The translations under genes were made by a program, and so were the position numbers. The notes beneath the pieces are model-generated. The model saw only the letters and a program-made list of their open reading frames with translations, made no database searches and was not told the origin of the DNA. Shown here piece after piece: positions 56,282 through 64,000 of a stretch of 64,000 bases of DNA (the stretch's first letter is position 1; each line of letters starts with the position of its first letter). The DNA comes from Octopus vulgaris. Its lineage: Eukaryota. Location: positions 112,096,001 to 112,160,000 of the forward strand of contig OX597814.1 of assembly GCA_951406725.2 (NCBI GenBank), in the 5' to 3' direction.

Positions 56282-57209
56282 TCTCTCTATATATATACAC
56301 ACATATATATGTATATATACATATGTATGTGTATATATTTACATACATATATACACATACATCTTTATATAAACATACATACAAATATATATACATGCAT
56401 ACACACACACACATATATATATATGCACATGTATATATATATATAGACATATACATATGTATATAGACGCATTGATGCATGCGTTTATACTCGTATACAC
56501 ACACAAACAGATACACAGACATACATGCACACACATACACAATAGATGGAACAAAATCACCTCAAAAGCCGATAAACTAATCAAAATCTATATAAAAGGT
56601 ACAGAAATAAAGCATTTAAAAGAGAAACCGTAGCTTTATTATGTTGAAACGATGTCTGTTAGTATTGGTGTGTCTGTAGAATGTGGTGCCATCCAACGCG
56701 AGAATTGGTAGAAATTAGAACTGACACGGCTCGGATTGAAACACTTCTCGCTAAATCCGTTCCGTGTCTTGTTTCACATTCAAATCAGATGTCATTTGTC
56801 GATACATACATACATACATACATACATACATACATACATACATACATACATGCATGCATACATACATACATACATACATACATACATACATACATACATA
56901 CATACATACATACATACATACATGCGTAATGTATACATATCTGCAAGCATATGTATTCACACATACCTACAAACAATCACACATATATATATACATGTAT
57001 GTATGTATGTATGAATGCATGTATGTATGTATATATATACATATATATATATATATAGACTCACACATGTTTGTGTTCGGTTATGTATATGTATATACAT
57101 GTACATACACACATACATAATTTATATGCTTAATACATATACACACATATATGTGTGAGTGCGTGTTTATGTCTGTATGTGTGTGTATGTCGTTGTATAA
57201 ATTTATATA

Positions 57210-57316
<107 letters not shown>

Positions 57317-57865
57317 GCACACACACACACACATACACATATGTATAAATACGAATATGCTCGTATATATAGATACGTATTACAACGCACATTACAAACG
57401 CAGACACCAGCTTCATAATCATACACACACACACATGGACACAGTCTCACAGTTGTCTTCGTCGCCACTCACGCCTAAGACGAACTGTTAACCACTTCCT
57501 GTCACTTCAGTATAGCATGACCGTAGGATTGTTCTTTTTCTCCAACTTTTCCTCTCCATATCTTTTCCTTCAGAAGAAGAGCGTATGCTCGAAACATAAG
57601 AGATTTTCCCGTCTATTTCTCCTTTTCCCTGAGCGTAAATCTAATATACCCTGTTTCCTTGTTCCTTTTGTCTCGTCTTTGCGTTACCTATATTTTGTTC
57701 AACATATGTTATATTTGCATACATATATATATTACATACACAAATACTTTTCTACATGCATACATACATGTGTATGTGCATATACATACATTTATATATA
57801 TACACATACACATACATACATATACACATATATATACATATACACATATATACATATACACATAT

Positions 57866-57896
<31 letters not shown>

Positions 57897-57902
57897 CATA
57901 TA

Positions 57903-57953
<51 letters not shown>

Positions 57954-58361
57954 GTATAAATACGAATATGCTCGTATATATAGATACGCATTACAACGCA
58001 CATTACAAACGCAGACACCAGCTTCATAATCATACACACATGTAGTTTTTTCACTTTTTACTATTTTCTATATATTCAACCACGTGCTTTCACACACCAA
58101 CTTTCTCACCTATATATATATATATGAATATGTGATACACATATAGGTGTATGTATATGTATTATATACATTCATATATACATATATTCACATATATGTG
58201 AATATGTGTTATACATATAGGTGTGTGTATGTATATGTATTATATACATTTACATATATATACATAAACATACATATATTCACATATATGTGAATATGTG
58301 TTACACATATAGGTGTGTGTATGTATATGTATTATATATATTTATATACATACATACATAC

Positions 58362-58414
<53 letters not shown>

Positions 58415-58417
58415 AAT

Positions 58418-58455
<38 letters not shown>

Positions 58456-59194
58456 ATTTACATACACACACAATCAAATACAACTATTCATAAATTAATA
58501 CCATCACCGGGTCGTTGCCCTTAATAACCACCATTGTCTACAATTCTTTATTCATGTTTCTTAATTTTTTATATTTTTTCTGTTGTTGTAGTTGTTGTTG
58601 TTATTGTTTTCGTTTATGTTGTTATTGTTATTGTTATTCTTCACTTTCAGCTTTTTACCGTGTTTTTTTTTTTGTTTTTATCTCAAGAAAATAGAAAGAA
58701 AGAAAGAAAGAAAGAAACCCCTGAATGGTTTTCTCGATTATGTCATCTTTAATTATCGCCAATCACCCATGACTTCCACCCCTAGCACTAGCACCTCCTA
58801 CCACGACTAGAACCACCACCAGCATCTGCCACTGCTACTACCATCGCCACCATTCCATGACTACCGTTTATCCACCATACTCGTTCGACTCCGTCAATCT
58901 CCTCCGTCTTCCCTTCCCAAGTAACACCACTGCTATCAGTCTCTTAACTGTTTTAACCTGCCACCACTGCTCTCGCCGCCACCCTCACATTTTACTACCA
59001 TGTCACAATCCTCCCACCACCACCACCACTACATACCTCCATCCACCTCTTCTTACAAGTTCCAAATCAACTTCGGTCGCCACCAACGTTGACAAGTCGT
59101 TTAATTTCTGCAGACATCTTGTGTTTATCTTATTATTTTATTTCGTTCTAAAGTAATCGTTTAGTATTCAATAATGTGATGGAGGTGGGGGTGA

Positions 59195-59361
59195 TGAGAG
59201 AGAGGGGGGAGAGACAAAGCGGGAAAGGGAAGCGGGGAAAGAGAGGCAGAGACAGAGGTTGAGAGAGAGAGGCAAAGTGGGAGAGACAGAAAGAGAGTGG
59301 CAGAGAAAGGAAGCAGAGAGAGAGAGAGTAAGAGCGAGAGAAGCAAAGAGAAAGAGAGAGG

Positions 59362-59399
<38 letters not shown>

Positions 59400-59479
59400 A
59401 AAAGAAAAGAAGAAAGAAAGATAGAAAAAAGATAGGGTAAGAGAGACAGAGAAAGAAAGACAGAGAAAGAGAACAAAGA

Positions 59480-59516
<37 letters not shown>

Positions 59517-59800
59517 AAAGAGAAAGAGAAGCAAAGAAAGGGAGAGAGGGAAAGAAAGAAAGGAAGATAGAAAAAAGACAGAGTAAGAGAGACAGAAAAG
59601 AAAGACAGAGAAAGAGAACAAAGAATGACAGAGAGAGAGAGAGAGAGTAAGAGAGAAGTAAAGAGAAAGAGAAGCAAAGAAAGAGAAAGAGAAGCAAAGA
59701 AAGAGAAGCAAAGAAAGAGAAAGAGAAGCAAAGAAAGAGAGAGGGAAAGAAAGAAAGATAGAAAAAAGACAGAGTAAGAGAGACAGAGAAAGAAAGACAG
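59195..59800 (+). repeat. Polypurine (GA/GAAA) tract with higher-order repeat
   Basis: Almost purely A/G for about 600 bp. The unit AGATAGAAAAAAGA.AG.GTAAGAGAGACAGA recurs at about 59419, 59565 and 59756. Confidence 0.9.
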
Positions 59801-60301
59801 GGTAGCGCTTATGATCCTTTCTTTTCCAGTCTCCGTGACTGGTGGAGGAAGAGATAATTTTCTGAATAGAATTTCTACTCCAAATACTTATAATAGAGGG
59901 CACTCCAGTAAAAGAACCCAAAAGAAGAGGTTACTGCTAAATCAGGAAATGGATTAAGGCCCTCACCTCTATCCTTTCCGAGAAACATTACACACCTGGA
60001 TTTAGAGATCGTAATAAAGTACTTGGTATTATTATTTATCGTTGTTTAGCATCAGGTCGGCCCTGAGTCAATTGACCTTACACAAAACACAAAAAAGGTG
60101 ACATGAGTGCCATTGCTAGCACGTCGTGGAACCACAAAGCGGCTCAGATGCTGTCGCTTTTAAATCCAAATAAACATCGATGTAGCAAACCAATAATCTA
60201 AAGCGCTCTAGCCAGGACCACTCCCTTTTCTTAATAAGTACTGGGAAGTAAGAAAGACATTATTCAGCCCGTTCATTTTTAAGATAAAAGGATTGGATAT
60301 A

Positions 60302-60722
60302 CTCTCTTTACTCTTTTACTCTTTTACTTGTTTCAGTCATTTGACTGCGGCCATGCTGGAGCACCACCTTTTAGTCGAGCAAATCGACCCCGGGACTTAT
60401 TCTTTGTAAGCCCAGTACTTATTTTATCGGTCTCTTTTGCCGAACCGCTAAGTGACGGGGACGTAAACACACCAGCATCGGTTGTCAAGCAATGCTAGGG
60501 AGACAAACACAGATACACAAACATATACACACACACTTATATATATATACATATATACGACAGGCTTCTTTCAGTTTCCGTCTACCAAATCCACTCACAA
60601 GGCATTGGTCGGCCCGGGGCTATAGCAGAAGACACTTGCTCAAGGTGCCACGCAGTGGGACTGAACCCGGAACCATGTGGTTGGTTAGCAAGCTACTTAC
60701 CACACAGCCACTCCTGCACCTA
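60302..60722 (-). mobile_element. SINE family A, full length
   Basis: Head AGGTGCAGGAGTGGCTGTGTGG through tail (GTAAAAGA)n. Confidence 0.88.
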
Positions 60723-61241
60723 TGAGGAACATTTAGTTACTATTTCTAGCAGGTCTATTGATCACACTGAGTTTTCCACTTTGGCACCTGCAGCGCATTC
60801 ATTCAAAGATAACGAAGATCAAGTGATAAATAATCTAATACTTTACCTCAAATTTCTATATCCCGTTACTTCGTCATCGATTTTGCTTCACTTGGTCTCC
60901 AACATAAGAACCAATAATACGTAACGTGAATTCACTGATGCAACTATTTCCGTCTCATTTGTGCTTGCCATTGTTATTGTTGTTTTACACCCTTCATCTA
61001 TGGCAGCTCTGATTGAGCAGACATATAATCAGGATAGTCTGGTCTTAAATATTTTTCCTCTCCTCTCTTTCGGAGAGGCACTGAGCACCTATACGCACAC
61101 ATACACACACGGCAGTAACTTAGGCCTACCGAATTCAATCACAAAGCTTCGGTCGACTCGGGGCTATAGCAGAAAACATCTGCCCAAAGTGCCACGCAGT
61201 GGGACTGAACCCGAAACCATGTAGCTAGGAAGCAAGCTCCC

Positions 61242-61282
<41 letters not shown>

Positions 61283-61800
61283 TTAGGGAGTATAAATCCA
61301 AACTTACAGGGAAAAATTCAATTTAGTATTAAATCAAATTTCACAATATAAATATATAATATATATAAATTGAATTGCATAATAGTGGTTTTTCTCTAAT
61401 TTATATATATGTCCGTGTGCGTGTGTGTGTGTGTGTCTGTCTGTATGTCTGTCTGTGTTTGTTCCTTTGTTCCTACACCGTCTCTTGCCAACAGATGTTG
61501 GTGTGTTTATGTCGCCCGTAACCTAGCGCTTTGGAAAAAAGACCTATAGGATAAGTACTAGGTTTACAAAGAATAAACCCTCTGGTCGATTTGTTCGACC
61601 AAAAGGCGGTGCTCCAGCGTGGCCGCAGTCAAATGACTGAAACAAGTAAAAGAGTAAAAGAATATATCTGCATATATACATTATATATATATATATATCT
61701 TCTATAAAGAAGGATCGTGGGTAAGGCCAAACAATGCGAATTAAATGCAAGGTAAATCACAAGAAAACAAATATGTGAATTAATGTAGACTTGCCTTGCA

Positions 61801-61836
61801 TTCAATATTTCGTGGTTATGACCACATTTTCAAGAA
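61801..61836 (-). ncRNA. Hammerhead motif, U3-A8 variant (same family as 2578-2616)
   Basis: Reverse complement: TTC-TTGAAAA-T-GTGGT cata ACCAC-GAAA-TATT-GAA. Confidence 0.65.
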
Positions 61837-62450
61837 ATTGACGAATCTTGCCGATATATATAAATCCAGAACTAGTGATTGGACTTTTAATTGGATTTCT
61901 CCTCCCTTTCTAGGCAAGATGAACTACAATAAGACTGATGAATAATATTCTTTCACTGTTGCATCTGTTTAACTTCTCCCTCTCTGATGACGGCCTTCTC
62001 GGCCTATGGAATCCTCCCTCGGCACGATGTCCCAGTGGATATTCTAGAAACAGCTATTAGAGACTATGTAAACCCTTTTATTATAATTCTAAATTAAATG
62101 TCCTTGTCAAGTCTTGCAGAACGGTTTGCCTTTTCATTTCTGTTTTAATCTCTATCCAGAACTGTGCCATTAAAAGTTTTCAAGCTTCTTTAAGACAAGT
62201 GTAATCTGAAAGATATTTGGCTACTGTTTCTTGCAGTTCGAGTGACTTCCTGTTTTTAAATTTTAGATGCGCCAACAGATGCAGATACCTTATAAATAAC
62301 ATAGATATGCATATATACATATACACTTATATATGTATATATATATATATATACTCATACATATGCATATGTAGGCATTTATATACATATAACATTCAAG
62401 GTACCTGAAATAAAAAAAATGAGCAATTAATCAATAGAATAATTTCTTAC

Positions 62451-62684
62451 CAATGGTGAGTAGAATGCTGAGGTATCTGTACCCAAGGGTACATAACTTT
62501 GGGTTGCATACGGTGATGTTCCGTACATTGTCTCTGGTAATCGCGGATAGGAGAGAATGGATGGAGAACTATACTGACACGAACAGACTGTTTGTCCTGT
62601 ATGCGGGTCTGTCACGAGCGGTCGACCGTTTTCACAGCAAGTTGATCCCGATATAGATGTCGCGGTCGAACCGGACATCAAGAG
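62451..62684 (-). CDS. Irx: Iroquois homeobox gene, first coding exon visible in window (N-terminal Cys-rich Iro-A motif)
   Basis: Acceptor ttacAG at 62686-62685 and donor GTAAG at 62450. The exon is 234 nt, phase 0/0, and encodes LLMSGSTATSISGSTCCENGRPLVTDPHTGQTVCSCQY...AFYSPL, resembling the araucan/caupolican-type Irx N-terminus. No start-codon exon was seen upstream within the window. Confidence 0.92.
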
Positions 62685-62769
62685 CTGTAAGAGAGAGAGA
62701 AAAAAAAGATAAAATTAAATTCTCAATCATATATGTACTTTCAAGACTAAGGAAGAAACGATTCTTTGG

Positions 62770-63025
62770 CTTAACATAATAGGGGAGATTCAGCGTGATA
62801 AGGTTGGCCCCTTTGAAATACAGGTACAACAGAAACAGGAAGAAAGAGTGAGAGAATGTTGTGGTGAAAGAGTACTGCAGCGTTCGCCACCATCCCCTAC
62901 CGGAGTTTCGTGGAACTTTAGATGTTTTCGCTCAATAAACACTCACAACGTCCGGTCTGGGAATCGAAACCGCGATCCTACGACTGGGAGTCCGCTGCCC
63001 TAACCACTGGGCCATTGCGCCTCCA
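62770..63025 (-). mobile_element. tRNA-derived SINE family C
   Basis: Reverse complement GGAGGCGCAATGGCCCAGTGGTTAGGGCAGCGGACTC...GGTTTCGATTCCCAG shows A/B boxes. The body is shared with 38440-38517 and partly with 11380-11570. Confidence 0.75.
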
Positions 63026-63473
63026 TATATATATATATGTGTGTGCGTGTGTGTGTGTGTATGTATATATATATATATATATATATAACAAAATTAATAT
63101 CTTCGCAAATTAATTTTTCTCGTGAATTATTTACCCCTGTATCGAGATTAATTCCACACTGATGGCTGCAATAATTTCGGCACAAAACAAATCAGTTGCG
63201 GCGCAGACTTCAAAACGATAGCTTGGAAGTCTCTATCATGGTAACTCGAGCTGAGGAAGCTAGGGCTATTTTTGCCAGTGCAGAAACCGGTCGAGGTGAA
63301 TCCACTTACTTAAATGTAGGTTGGAAGATTGTCTTAATCTGATTTGCCTTCGGTTGATTTCTGTAGTTATCATCAGTGTATTTTAGCGATTTAAATAAAA
63401 GTTTTGAGTGTTATTTCTCGCAGGTAGACATGCTTAGTATGTCCTTTGGTTAATTTTAATCCTTCAGTTATAT

Positions 63474-63821
63474 AACGTAAATGCTTGAGTATAATCCGCA
63501 TTTTTTTCCCAAAATTTAAAGGTCAAAATCCCTAGTGGGTACTATATACGAGGTTAAAAATGAAAATTATTTTCTAAGCAATGTTCGAGTGTCTCTTTGC
63601 TGTCCGGCAATGTTTATTCAGACGTATTTTGTGATGTCGGGCGTGAAAATACCTTAAGCTAAGCCTGTAAGCAATGAAGTCATAAAAGAATAATCCGTAA
63701 CTTGCAGTTAGCAATATTTATTAAACGTTATTGCTTGTTATTTCTTTATTTTCTGCAAACAAAATGCACAAAAAAGCTACACGTTTGCATTATGTTATAT
63801 ATACAATAATGATAAAGGACG

Positions 63822-63877
<56 letters not shown>

Positions 63878-64000
63878 TCGAGTATAATCCGCCCTTGAGT
63901 ATAATACGCGGGGGATTTTTAGGGGGCTGTACCTCTGAAAAACCTAAACCTTGTGTATAATACGCACCCCTTCTCTAACTTGAGTCAAGGACGTTATATA
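63474..64000. mobile_element. Probable pogo/Tigger-like (Tc1/mariner) non-autonomous DNA transposon ends
   Basis: Repeated subterminal motif GAGTATAAT(C/A)CGC at about 63487, 63880, 63897 and 63954, after a TA target-like start; no transposase seen. Confidence 0.45.

Noticed and set aside
62685-64000. First (ATG-containing) Irx exon or promoter
   Set aside because: No MSYPQFGY-like exon is visible. The region is SINE/transposon-derived, so the 5' end probably lies outside the window.

Overview
AT-rich, microsatellite-saturated animal genomic DNA; the repeat families suggest an octopus or other coleoid cephalopod (inference). Most ORFs in the track are simple-repeat artefacts. The one host gene is a minus-strand Iroquois-class TALE homeobox gene (Irx). 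Four coding exons were rebuilt with GT-AG junctions and consistent phases: 62684-62451, 28196-28090, 27793-27441 and 7622-6916. Together they give about 466 aa, and the first exon probably lies beyond the window. The introns hold tRNA-derived SINEs, CR1, RTE and R4/Dong-like LINE 3' fragments, a Penelope-like (GIY-YIG) element, a Helentron-type HINE and a U6 retrocopy fused to a SINE. The main unexplained structure is about 20 minimal type I hammerhead-ribozyme (HHR) motifs from many unrelated small element families, found by eye. They have palindromic stem III and compensatory core variants (C3-G8, U3-A8, A3-U8). Several sit in inverted-duplication foldbacks, and one family is a tRNA-headed SINE carrying the ribozyme. 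All folds were read manually and are not computed or assayed; repeat boundaries are approximate.
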